Counted from the first letter of the stretch, positions 1-13,500 are shown. The stretch is 64,000 bases of DNA from Somniosus microcephalus (GCA_052327205.1 CM126205.1:241800001-241864000); one strand, 5' to 3'. Translations and numbers: made by a program. The notes: generated by a model not told the origin, from the letters alone.

Positions 1-599
1 AGAAATACGATCTCTGATTTTTTTCTGTAAAGCAAGGTCCTTCCGTAGGTAAAATAATTAAATGCATATATTTCAAACAATACATATTTGGTATTGTACT
101 CAACATGTTTACTAAAATTCTCGAGTATTAATTAGACATTTCTTTCCAGAGGATTGGTATGGTTTGTAAGCTCGTGTGATCCTTTTTATTCCGAATGGAA
201 CCAATCTCACTTTACTCCTTAATTCCACAAATGTTTTTGATTGGTTCACATCTACTGAGAACAAAATTCGTAAATCTGTAACACTCTGGATAAGCAAAAT
301 TGACTTCATGATCTAATTCAATTTCTAATTATCTGAATTATCTACAATTCACAAAGATTAACGGACCCGTCTTAGTAAGATTAAATTCCATAAATTTGCA
401 TATTTTAATTTGCCATTGTTGTAACAATTATCTTGATATGTGCCATATCAATTTGCAAATTCTGCTCAGGCTGACAAATCTTACACACGCAGATATGAAA
501 TCTGTTTGCAGTGAAACCATCAAATATGTCATTACAATGGCATTGGGAATACAAATGAAGAAAGATGGGTAAAAAGAGATTCATTTCTGAAACCGTGAA

Positions 600-1320
600 A
601 CCAAAGAGTTTAGATAGTATAACAGCAGATGGCAATCAAATGCATGACACAGACTTCTTGAGAGGGTTGTTGAGAAGGATACCAGCATTTGTTGCTGTAA
701 TCTTTGTGTTAATGGTACTGTAAGAACAACAACAGTTTACAAAGCAGCATTTGTTAAAATTGACAGTGTATTGTACTGAGCTGACAGTGTGTATTGACTG
801 TAGTGCAGTGTCACCTTTTGTAATAGTGAAAAACACACCTTGATAGCCAGTTCCATGTGAATGTGCATGGCTGGCTGTTGTAAGCAAAGCAACTTTTGTT
901 TTTATACATTAGAAAGCATGTAGTAATGGAACTATTAATTCTTGAGTACCAAAAACTTGAATTTGTAAAACAAAATAACAATAACTAAAATATCCATGAT
1001 AAACTAATTCAGCTTTTAATTATCTGAATTATATCTGTTATCCAGAAAAAAAATAATTATATATATATAAAAGGCAGGGCTACTGAAGTTCAGATAAAGC
1101 ATGAGAAATTTAGAAAATCAAACAATGTGCAGAACTGTGATATAATTTCTTAATATTTTGCAGCAGCTGAAATGTATTAATAGTTTTGCAGAGGTCTGAT
1201 AAACCCACACATTTTGAAAGCTGTAAAGGATAGTCAGTATCAAAATGCGGTTGTTGTTTGAACTAGACAATTTGTCTTATACATAGCTAATTGCCTAGTT
1301 ATCATTTTGCTATTTTAAAC
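600..1320 (+). promoter_or_regulatory. candidate muscle cis-regulatory cluster in the intron next to the expected Cronos promoter
   Basis: WGATAR sites at 612, 841, 997, 1020, 1092, 1197 and 1299; E-boxes CAGATG 626 and CAGCTG 1164; T-box-like CACACCT 834-840; TGACAG 761 and 782; TATAAAAG 1066-1073. Motif matches only. Confidence 0.3.
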
Positions 1321-1380
1321 ATGACTTGAATCATCATATAGTGAGTTTGCTAGCAATCTAAAAGTCTTATTTTGGATCAG

Positions 1381-1504
1381 GTTGTTACTCGTGCTGAAGG
1401 CAGAGTGCACACTCTCACCCTCCGAGAGGTTCAGTTAAAGGAGGCTGGTGAAGTCAAACTCACTGCTAAAGACTTTGCAACATCTGCTAAGCTTATCGTC
1501 AAAG
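1381..1504 (+). CDS. TTN: titin exon 1/79 (~human 241), C-half of I-band Ig
   Basis: AG|[14 protein letters not shown]...LIVK|GTGAGT. Confidence 0.95.
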
Positions 1505-4500
1505 GTGAGTGATACAACATGCCAATTACATATTGGAAGTTTTTTTCCAAAACAAATATTTGGTCATGCATTTTATGATTAATGTGTTGAATTTTCATTT
1601 AAATCTTTTACAGAACCACCAGTTGAATTCACTAAACCTCTGGAGGACAAGACAGTTGAAGAAGAAGCCACTGCTACACTGGAGTGTGAGGTGTCCAGAG
1701 AGAATGCTGAGGTTATATGGTTTAAGGATGGAAAAGAAATTCATAAAACAAAGAAACATGAAATCATTGTTGATGGAAGAGTTAGAAAGCTTCTTATCCA
1801 TGACTGCAAACCGGAAGATTCTAAAACATATACTTGTGATGCCAAAGGCTTCAAGACTTCCTGTTTCCTCACTGTGGAACGTAAGTATATAGTGTACAAT
1901 ATTCATAACTAAAGCATTATGCTACAATATTGAGATCTACATTCATGACATATCTACATATGTTGCTATATCTCTTTCACAGCTCCTCATGTTGAATTTA
2001 CAAAGCCTCTCACTGATCTTGAGGTGAAAGAAAAGGAAGTTGCCAAATTTGCATGTGAAGTTTCACGTGAAAATGCAAAGGTTTGTCTTTTGTTTAAATC
2101 ATTGTATTTTTTTAATTAATTTTTCCTTGTTGATAATTAAAACCCAATCAATTAAATTTAAGCAAAAGGGTAGATTAGATAGCATATCGTTACTGCTGTG
2201 AGACTCACATGTATTCACTTTTTGTTTCTGCTGCAATATAAGGATACAGTTAATGAGCCTTCATGGTGAAATAAAATTTCCTGTACAATTGTCTACCCCT
2301 CTCTTTAGGGCCTGAAACTTACTCAATTTCCAGAGTTTCCATTTTTCTTGGGGCTGCATGTGTGCACAAGGTCACTATTCCTAATTTTTTCTGCCTATGT
2401 GCAGGCCCTCGGTTTCCAAATTATGCATGCATGACCTCGGCACAACTCATGGACCCAAACCTTCTTGCTAGGTGCTATCTGCGCACCCCCCCCCCCACCC
2501 CAAGCCATCTTTGCCCACTACTTCCCATATGCCAACCTCAGCACCACACTTTCTGCCTCAGCCCTATGTCTATGTGCATGTAATGCTGTGTTTCCACTAT
2601 CTTTCTATTATCTGTGATTTCCGGAGCTTCTCCAAGGATGCAGAGTATCAACGTCCTGTTCCTGTGACCATGAGGCACCCAGACTCAAGGGTACCTTACA
2701 ATGCTGTCCATAAGCAGCCAGAAGGCCCTGAAGCTTGTAACTAATAACAGAGCTTCAAGTCTCTCAGGCCTGCAGTCGCATTCCAGTTTCCTGCTTTGTT
2801 TTCTGGTGCTAGGCCCAGGACAGGAAATTTAAGTGTACCTGTTCCTGTCCAGTGTTGGGGTAGAATGGATTCAGGAAAATTGGCCCCAAAACATTTGATG
2901 TTTCTATTGTTTGTATATTTTTAGATAACCTTTTTCTATACTTCGCTTGTTGCTTACGCTCTTGTAGCATTCAACGATGCTCCTCTAAATGTTATTGTGG
3001 CACATAAAGCAGCAACCTTCCCTTCTAAGTATGTTCCCTTACCAGAATTACATCATTACTTCCAGGAGTTTAACCAATCAATCGACCTTCACCAATATTA
3101 GAATTTCTACTTGAACCTGCATAGTCACATCTGTAAAATTAGGTGTTCCATTTGTTCTAAGCATTTATAGATAGATAAATAGAAAGAACCAGTTCACTAA
3201 TGCCCCAGGGCAGGAAACCTGACATTCCTACCCAGTCCCTACTCCACTCTCAAAAATGTTGTTGACTCTTAATACCCTCTGAAGTGACCTAGCATACCCT
3301 TTAGTTGTGAAACAATTGCTACAAAACAGAACAATAAAAGAAATAATGGACGGACCTATTGGCATTGGTCCAGTCATCGGATCAGGACAAGACTCAGGCA
3401 ATCCCAGCCCAGTCAACCCTAATAAAACCACCTTACCAATATCTTGGACTGGTGCCCAAGTTAGAAGAACTGTCCTATCAAGCAACAGCCTGACATAACT
3501 GAGCTGAAAGAGTCATATCTTTCAGTCAGCATCCCAGACTCCTCCATCACCATTCCTGGGTATGTTCTATCACACCAGCAGAAGAGACCTACCAGAGTGG
3601 GGGCACTGTGGTGTACAGCCAGGTGAGTGTGGCTCTTTGGAGTTCTCCAAACCCCATGTTAACAGGCAGCTAAGTGGCTGTAATCCTCTTCCTGCCTCTA
3701 GGAGTCGGGATCCTGCGCAAATCGGAGACCCGACTCCCGGGAAGATTGGTTGGAGGCGGGTTGGAAGCCGGTTTGGGATCCACTCCCATTTTGGGAGGGG
3801 ATTTTCCCAGCAGTCCCGCCTCCATACATGCCTCCTCAGGGCTGGTAAAATCCAGCCCATAGTACCAAGGAGTCTTAGAAAAACTAAGGATAGTGGTGAA
3901 ACCTTTCTGTAGCTGGAGTCATACCAGACTCTCAGGAAGATGGTTGTGGTTTTTGGAAGCCAATTATCACAGTCCTAGGACACCACTGTGCAAGTTCCTT
4001 ATGGTAGCGTCCTTGGCTAAACCATCTTCAGCGGTTTCATCAGTGAATTCCCTTTGTCACAAGGTCAAGAATGGGGCTGCTAGCTGACAATTTTATAGTG
4101 TTCAGCTCCATTCACACTCATCCAATAATGGAGCCTACAACCAGACAACATTCAGGCTTAGGATGACAAGTATCAGGTAATGTTCGTACCACTTAAATGC
4201 TAGGAAATTACCATCTCCAAAAAGAAAAGGCCCAACTACCACCTCCTGGTCTCAAAGGCACTACCAGCAGCGAATCCTCCACCATCAGCATCCTGGGAAT
4301 CACAATTAACCAAAAGATTATCTAGACCAACCGTAACAAAAGTGCCACCACAGGAGAAGGGCAGAGGCTGGGCATTCTGGAATGAGTGGCTCAGTTGATC
4401 CCTCAATACCTCTCCACCATCAACAATATGATAGAATACTCACCACTCACCTGGATGGTAACTAGACTCAATACTCAATAATACCATCCAGGACAAAAAC

Positions 4501-7500
4501 ATCCAGTTGTTGAACATCCCTGCATTTGAACTCAATATCCAGCCCATTTTGCACCTGTGGCAGCAATCCCTTCATTACTGGCACTCTGTGACTGCAGTAT
4601 GTACTAGCTGCAGGATGCACCAGCAACTCTCCAAGCTTACTTCAACACCATGTCCCATCCCCTTACCCTCTACTACCAAGAAGTACCAGATGGGAACACC
4701 ATTACTTACAAGTTCCCCCTAAGTCATGCACCACTTTGATGTGGATACATACCGCCTTTCCATCATCATCCATGAGTTAAAATCCTGACATTCTAATGTG
4801 TAAGGTAGCATAGTGGTTATGTTACTGGACTAGTAATCCAGAGGCCTGGACTAATGATCCAGAGAGTGAGTTCAAATCCCACCACGGCAGCTTCCAGGGG
4901 AATTTAAATTCAGTTAAATAAATCTAGAATAAAAAGTTAGTATCAGTAATGGTGACCATGAAACTACTGGATTGTTGTAAAAACCCATCTGGTTCACTAA
5001 TGTCCTTTAGGGAAGGAAATCTGTCATCCTTACCTGGTCTGGCCTATATGTGACTCCAGACCCACAGCAATGTGGTTGACTCTTAACTGCTCTCTGAAAT
5101 GGCCTAGCAAGCCACTCAGTTATAACAAACCACTACAAAGACTGCAACAGTTCAAGAAAGTGGCTCACCACCACCTTCTCAAGGGCAGTTAGGGATGGGC
5201 AATAAATGCTGGCCTTGCTAGCGACGCCCACATCCCAGGAACGAATAAAAAAAATTCTCTACTTAATACCATTATGGGAGCAAGATCACCACAAGGACTG
5301 CAACAGTTTAAGGAGACAGCCCACCACCACCTTCTCAGGTAGCTAAGGATGGTCCATTAATGCAGTATTGCCAGAATCACCCACATCCTAAGATTTAAAA
5401 AAAATTATACAACACCTTATAATATCCTCAGGGCATCCCAAAAGAATTTAGAACCAATGGTTTATATAGAATTTGCAGCACAGAAAATAGGCCAATCAGC
5501 CCTATACCAGTGTTTGTGCTCCATACAAGCCTCCTCCCACTCTATTTACTTCAGCTTATCCTCATCTCACCCTAGCAGCATATCCTTCTATTCCTTTCTC
5601 ACTCGTGTAACTTGCCCTTAATTGCATCTGTGCCAGTCACATACTTTGTTGCGTAGGCAGAAAAAATACCTAGTTATCGCCTTCCCACCCATTAGGGTGA
5701 AGTAGACAAGAAGGGCTCTTTGTGTTATCAAATTTGACCATCAGTACTGTCTCTCCAGGTCAGTGATTATGTTCCACAGAAACCACCCAAACATACCTGG
5801 AAATATGGAGCACCTGGCCACATTCTTCTCTGCAGATGCTGCATCTGTGCTTAACCAAAAGTTAACATGGTATTTGTTATTACTCTATTAAAATTCCAAG
5901 GACATGGGCACTTCTGCTTACACCAGTGTCACTTTCAGGATAAATAGCTCAGATGGTACCATCATGCTAGGCAGCAAATTATTATAGTGAAATTAACCCC
6001 ATATTATCAGATTTGCCACACTTTGTTCTACCAAGGAATCCATTCTAGTGTATTTTGAAAACAGTACCTTAAATATCTTGATCATGTTTCGTGTACTGTA
6101 CTATAAAATGATTTTGAAAATATCCTGAGCAAGGCATTATGGATTTTTTTTTAATTTCAGGTTCGTTGGTTTAAGGATGGTGTTGAAATAAGAAAAGGCA
6201 AAAAGTATGACATTGTTGCTAAAGGCGTGGAGAGATTGCTTATCATTCACAAAAGCAGCTTTGATGATGAAGCTGAATATGAATGTGATGCAAGGACAGC
6301 TAAAACTTCTGGATTGCTTACAGTTTTAGGTAATCAGTCAGATCAGAGCTGTGCATAATTTTAACTTTCAGAAAAATGTTTTAGATTTTCCTGATCTATT
6401 TGTACTTAAATATAATGCCATGTTTTGCAGAAGAGGAAGCTATCTTTACAAAGAACCTTGCAAATGCTGAAGTTACTGAAACAGAGCATATTAAATTGAT
6501 TTGTGAAGTTTCCAAACCAAATGCTGACGTAATTTGGTACAAGGGAGATACAGAGTTGCCTGAAATTGGCAGATACGAACAACTTACAGATGGCAGAAAG
6601 CGAATTTTAGTAATTCAGAACACCAACCCAGGCGATGCTGGTGAATATAATTGCAGACTCCCAAATGGTACCCGGACCTCATGTCAACTGAAAGTTAATG
6701 GTATGTACTGTAGCCTATTCTGATATGAGTATGTTTTTTACAGCCGTGTCTTAATTTTGCCTAGTGTAATTTATCCTCTTAATTTTATTACAGAACTGGC
6801 AGCAGAATTTATTTCCAGACCACAGAACCTGGAGGTAGTAGAAGGAGACAAAGCAGAGTTTGTCTGCTCAGTATCAAAAGACACTTATGAAGTGAAATGG
6901 TTTAAAGGTGATATAGAGCTTAAATCTGACGATAAATATGAAATCGTATCTGATGGCAAAAAACGAATGCTCATTGTCAAGAACTCCATACCAAATGATG
7001 AAGGAACTTATGCTGCCATGATTGGTACCTCAAGAGCAACAGCGGAACTGACAGTTATTGGTAGGTCATGTAAACTACATTGTGAGTTTACAAAAGGATG
7101 GGTGAAGACTTACAGGAAATAGGAGCATTGCATGTGCACAGTCAAATTGCATTATTTTAATTCAATTATTAAAAAAGAAAAATATGCAGGGGAAGATTTT
7201 AACTCCCTCTACCTGGTGAAAACAGGGGCAGTAGGATGACGGTTGTGGACATAGCACTCCGTTCCTGCACCGCCACCATTTTTCCTGGGCCTCCTGCTGG
7301 GCGGCTGAGGCACCTGTCTGAAGCAGGCATGAGCCACATTATTAGTCTATATAAATCAGTGTTCCTATTTGCTACATAGGACCTCAATGCCATTTTAACT
7401 GCCTGCTGGGCAGTGTCAGCCGTGGACGTGCCATGCAGTAAAACCTGGCGGTACGGCAGAATGCGGCCAAAATGTATTTTTGTGGGACCCGGAGGAGCAG

Positions 7501-10500
7501 AGGTGCTCCTCCAGGCGCCTCAGATTAATGTGGACCACTACCACCACAGGCTCCCCCCCACCCTGATCTACCTTTTTCCTGGCTGGGGCTGTCTCCGGAC
7601 CGCCTGATATTTAGAGCCCAGAGCTGGCAAGCTGCTTCGGGATGTCCAACCAGGGCGTGCTGCTCACTGCATATATCTTAATGATGCCCGGCCCTGGAAG
7701 TGGACTGGGCCTCCCGCTGGCACTATCAGATGGCCGGACAACAGTCAGCTGCCAGATACCTAAAATCTACCCTCGATGTAAAATTCCCAGTGTTTGTAAA
7801 GCTGAGGTGTTCTTTTCCTTGGCTGTCACAATTCAAGAATTTGCAAGCATCTGACAAGCAAGTCTGTTTTGATGTTGCAATGCAATCAGGAGTGATCTCA
7901 ATGCTCAGAGTTCTTAGTTCCTTTTCTGAGATTTTCAGGTAGTTGCAGATAGGAATTATGGGCTAAAGTGAACAGGGGATTGCTGGTAGAGTGCTTTTCT
8001 TTTGACTTCTTTGGAGTAGAAAATTACTTTCAGGCTGATAGCCATTGAATGTCACCCAGCCTAGTCCAAGGGAATGTCACTTCAATTATTTGCACATCCC
8101 GCCCCTAATATTAACATTTTGGGGGCAATTGCTTCCTCAAGTTAGTACCTATGTGCAAAAGTATTTAAACTTGAACTAAATTATTTTATTGTTTTGAATA
8201 AACTTTGTTCTCTTTCTCAGAAAATCTTAGGATAATAACTCCCATCAAAGACCAGCTAGCCAAAGAAGGACAAGAAATTGTATTCAATTGTGAAGTTAAC
8301 ACTGAAGATGCCAGGCCAAAATGGTTAAAAAATGAAGAAACTATCTTTGATAGTCCAAAATATGTCATGATGCAGAAAAATTTAGTCTTTGCTCTCAGAG
8401 TCAGAGATTCACAAAAGGAAGATCAAGGAATGTACACAATTGCACTAACAAATCATAGAGGAGAACATGCAGAATGTTCAGCAACATTACAAGTACAAGG
8501 TAAATACTTTTTCTTGAATGTTAAACAGCTGCACATAAAACATACTTACATAATACAAGTAAAATGACATAAGTATTACATAACTACTTTTTAATCTATA
8601 CAGCGGAGGAACTGAAAATCATTGAACCTCTTGAAGATTGTGAAACAATGGAGAAGAAGTCTGTCACCTTCTGCTGCAAAGTGAACCGTGAAAATGTCAC
8701 TCTACAATGGATGAAAAATGGGGAGGAAATTACATTTGACAAACGACTTCTGTACAAAATTGACAAGAAAAAACACACTCTTATAATTAGAGATTGTGCG
8801 TTCAAAGATGAAGGTGAATACACTGTAATTGCTGGACAAGACAAATCAGTTGCTGAACTTATTATCACAGAGGCACCAACAGATTTCACAGAACATATTC
8901 AAGATCAGACTGTCATTGAGTTTGAAGATGCAATCTTTTCATGTCAACTGTCTAAAGAAAAAGCCACAGTGAAATGGTACAGGAATGGCAGGGAACTCAG
9001 GGAAAGCAAAAAGTATGTTTCATTTTAATCTTTTTTTTGTCAAAACAAAAACTGTCATTCATAAGTGTTTCATATATAACCTATATAATATCATCATAAT
9101 TTTGTTATGTTTGACAGGTATCAATTTGAAAAAGATGGTAGTTTGCACAGACTTATTGTAAGAGAATGTAGACCAGATGATGAATGTGAATATTCCTGTG
9201 GTGTGGAAGACAGGCGTACAAGGGCTAGACTGTTTGTTGAAGGCAAGTACTAATTTAGAAAAAGTAAATATACTGCAACAATTTAGAAAATTTAGGAAAC
9301 ACAGGGCTAATTATTCTTTTCTCCTTCCAGAAATCCCAGTTGAGATCATCAGACCGCCACAGGATGTTCTGGAAGCTCCAGAATCGGATGTTGTTTTTGA
9401 AGCTGAATTGAACAAAGATAGAGTTGAAGTCAAATGGCTCAGAAATAATATGATAATTGTTCAGGGTGATAAATATCAAATGATGAGTGAAGGAAAGGTC
9501 CACCGGTTGCAGGTCTGTAGCATTAGGCCACGTGACCAAGGTGAATATAGGTTCATTGCCAAGGATAAAGATGCAAGAGCTAAACTGGAACTTGCTGGTA
9601 AGTTAATTTGAATTTTATGAATATTGATGAGAAATGTTACATTTTCTGTCACTATTTACAATAAAATGACTGAAGATTTGGCATATTTCTGACTTGTGAA
9701 TTTTCTCATTGTAGCAGTGCCAACAATCAAGATGACTGATCTGAACCTAGTGATTGATGCTGGAAAGCCATTCACAATGACACTCCCATATGATGCTTAT
9801 CCACGTGGTGAAGCTGAATGGTTCAAGGAAGAAAGTGTTACTTCTGAGTATGTCAGCCTGCCCAAACAGAACATTGACACAACTGCAGAAATCACTCGTT
9901 ATAGACTTTCTGATCCAAGGAAAACTGACAAGGGAAGATACAAAATTGTGATTCAGAATAAACATGGAAAGGGTGAAGCACATATAAACTTGAACGTTAT
10001 TGGTAAGCATTATTTGTTGCACATATATCCTATAGCTGAGTATGAAAGCTGTTCTTAAAATATCTTCCAAAATGCATTTCCTAAAACAATATTATCTCTG
10101 TCAATTTACAGATGTGCCTGGCCCAATCCAGAATTTGAATATAATGGAAACTTATGATGGCGAAGTCAGTCTTGCTTGGGATGAGCCTGATAGTGATGGT
10201 GGTAGCAAAATCCTTGGATATGTTGTAGAACGGCGTGATGTAATGCGCAAAACTTGGACCGTAGCTACTAATCAGGCTGACAATACTGAATTTACAGTGA
10301 CTGGTCTCCAGAAAGGAATAGAGTATCTATTCCGTGTCAGTGCAAGGAACAGAATAGGTACAGGTGAACCTGTGGAAACTGATGTACCTGTTGAAGCTAA
10401 GAATAAGTTTAGTAAGTATCAGATAATATTCACTAGTTTCAATTATTAATTCCAAATAATTTCTATGGGTCAGTGTCACAAAATAATAATTTTATTACCT

Positions 10501-13500
10501 TTTCTATCAGATGTACCTGATGCACCACTGAACGTCGAAGTGAAAGATGTGAACAAATTTGGTGCCACCATTACATGGGAACCACCAGAATATGATGGTG
10601 GAGCAGTAATCACTAACTACGTTGTTGAGTTACGTGACAGAACCTCTGTCAAATGGGAAGCAGCTATGATTACTGGAGCAGATGAACTCTCTGCTCAGCT
10701 GAACGATGTAGTGGAAAACAGAGAATATATATTCCGTGTCAGAGCAGAAAACAAAGCTGGCGTAGGAAAACCCAGTGCAGCGTCACGTCCTGTGAAGATT
10801 ATGGATCCAATCTGTTAGTATCTGATCAGAAATATGTGTATTTGTAGTAAATGTTTCAAGATTTTTTATTTTGTACGTTCACTAATTGATTTATCCTTTT
10901 TTAGTCAAACCAAGTCCACCCATTGAATTTGCCTATTCAAAGCAGACCAAAGACTCTGTGCAGCTGAATTGGGAACCTCCTCTTAAGAACGGAGGAAGTC
11001 CAATACAGGGCTACATTATTGAACGGTGTGAAGAAGGCACAGATAAATGGATTCCATGTAATATAAGACTTGTTCCTGAAACAACGTTCAAGGTTATTAT
11101 CTGTTTAATTTGTTTATTTGTTAAACATATCAGTGCTGATTTAGTAAGAGCTGGAGGCAGCTGCTCTCCCAATGGTAATTTTAGGGGTGCAATTCACCCA
11201 CAATCCATCAGCAAGTCACAGACTGATTGCCAGCTGAGGATCAACACTTGGCTGCTGTCCTGCATGGATTCCTGTGCTCAGTGACATTCATGAAGTAGAG
11301 TTTCAAGAGGGAGATGTTGATCAACTTTTCATTTAATTCACAACTTCAGGTACATCTATTTGTGGGTGGATCTGTAAGGCACATGGCAGCTGTAACAGTC
11401 CATGCAGTGCTGGACTAACTGATAGGTCACATGGGTGGGGGAAGAATCAGGGACATGCTTTCTCTTTATGTGATTGTGCGTAGGAACTGACTTAGAGAGC
11501 ATTTGCTTTGTTTTCCATCTTGGTGAGTCACGTGGAGAGTTTTAAAAAAATTGTTCTCGAGTTGTAGGCAACACTGTTGAGAATTATTTTTTGCCCATCC
11601 CTGGTTGTTGTTGCTAAGAATCGACCATGGTAGTGTAGGACTGGAGTCACATGTAGGCCAGACCAAGTAGGGGTAGCAGGTTCCCAGATATAGGAGCAGT
11701 GAGATCAAGGCGGTATTTGAAGATGAGGTTAGGATTTTGAAATCAGTTTGTTCCGGAACAGGAGTTCTGCGAAAATAGGAATGGTGAGTTTGCAGGACTT
11801 TGTGTAGGCTAGGATGTAGGTCACAGAATTTTGAATGAGTTGAATTTTGTCTAGCATGGACTTCAGGGTACTGGTGAAGAAAGCATTAGAGGAAAGAAAG
11901 GAGGTAGAAATTTGGAACTCTCTTCCATAAACAGCAATTGATGCTAGATCAATTATTAATTTTAAATCAGAGATTGATAGCTTTTTGTTAACCAAAGTTA
12001 TTAAGGGATATGGGCCAAATGTGGGTATATGGAGTTAGATCACAGATCATCCATGATCTCATTGAATGGCGGAACAGGCTCGAGAGGCTGAATGGCCTAC
12101 TCCTGTTCCTATGAAAGCTTGAGGTGTCAAAAGTATTCACGAGGATTTTAATAGTGATAGAGGATGGTAAGTAGACAAGATGGAAATCAGACTGCAGACT
12201 CCAACAGGGAGTGGTTGGAGAATGGGCACAGAGTTGGATATTAATGTCCCAAACTCCTCCATCACCATCTTTGGGTATGTCCTGTCCCACCGGCAGGACA
12301 GACCCACCAGGGGTAGCGGCACACTGGTATACAATCGGGAAGGAGTGGCCCTGGGAGTCCTCAACATTGACTCCGGACCCCATGAAGTCTCATGGCTTCA
12401 GGTCAAGCATGGGCAAGGAAACCTCCTGCTGATTACCACCTATCGCCCTCCCTGAGCTGATGAATCAGTCCTCCTCCATGTTGAACACCACTTGGAAGAA
12501 GCACTGAGAATAGCAAGGGCACAGAATGTACTCTGGGTGGGGGACTTCAATGTCCATCACCAAGAGTGGCTCGGTAGCACCACTACTGACCGAGCTGGCC
12601 GAGTCCTGAAGGACATAACTGCCAGTCTGGACAGGTGGTGAGAGAACCAACACGAGGGAAAAACCTACTTGACATCGTCCTCACCAATCTACGTGTCGCA
12701 GATGCATCTGTCCATGACAGTATTGGTAGCAGTGACCACTGCACAGTCATTGTGAAGACGAAGTCCAATCTTCACACTGAGGACACCCTCCATCGTGTTG
12801 TGTGGCACTACCACTGTGCTAAATGGGATAGATTCAGAACAGATCTAGCAGCTCAAAACTGGGCATCCATGAGGCTTTGTGGGCCATTAGTAGCAGCAGA
12901 ATTGTATTCCACCACAATCTGTAACCTCATGGCCCGGCATATCCCTCACTCTACCATTACCAGCAAGTCAGGGGACCAACACTGGTTCAATAAGTAGTGT
13001 AGAAGAGCATGCCGGGAGCAGCACCAGGCGTACCTAAAATTGAGGTGCCAACCTGGGGAAGCTGCAACACAGCATGCTAAAAAGCGGAAGCAGCATGCTA
13101 TAAACAGGGCTAAGCGATCCCACAATCAACAGATCAGATCCAAGCTCTGCAGTCCTGCCACATCCAGTTGTGAATGGCGGTGGACCATTAAACAACTAAA
13201 GGGAGGAGGAGGCTACATGAATATCCCCATCCTCAATGATGGTGGAGCCCAGCACGTGAGTGGAAAAGACAAGGCTGAAGCATTTGCAACCATCTTCAGC
13301 CAGAAGTGCTGAGTGGATGATCCATATCGGCCTACTCCCGAGGTCGCCACCATCACAGAAGCCAGTCTTCAGCCAATTCGATTCACTCCACCTGATATCA
13401 AGAAACGGCTGAGCGCACTGGATACAGCAAAGGCTATGGGCCCCAACAACATTCCGGCTATCGTACTGAAGACTTGTGCTCCAGAACTAGCTGCGCCTCT

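Larger units (their letters stand above)
3189..5404 (+). mobile_element. degraded APE-RT LINE (same family as 12243-14609) that retains its 5' leader; internally deleted and interrupted by a MITE and a SINE
   Basis: Decayed endonuclease N-terminus ([14 protein letters not shown] at ~3533-3575), RT/C-terminal remnants 3910-4790, and 3' tail CACCACCACCTTCTCAGG...CCCACATCC-polyA 5256-5404, all colinear with the younger copy. Confidence 0.8.

Noticed and set aside
1100-1380. In-frame alternative start or first exon for a Cronos-like isoform (ATG 1321; GTGAGT 1341)
   Set aside because: ATG 1321 is followed by a stop after two codons, the other ATGs are out of frame or closed, and 1341-1380 is too short for an intron.
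4800-4885. tRNA gene
   Set aside because: A/B boxes are present, but there is no cloverleaf and the sequence continues into a SINE body. The same applies to 38550-38624.
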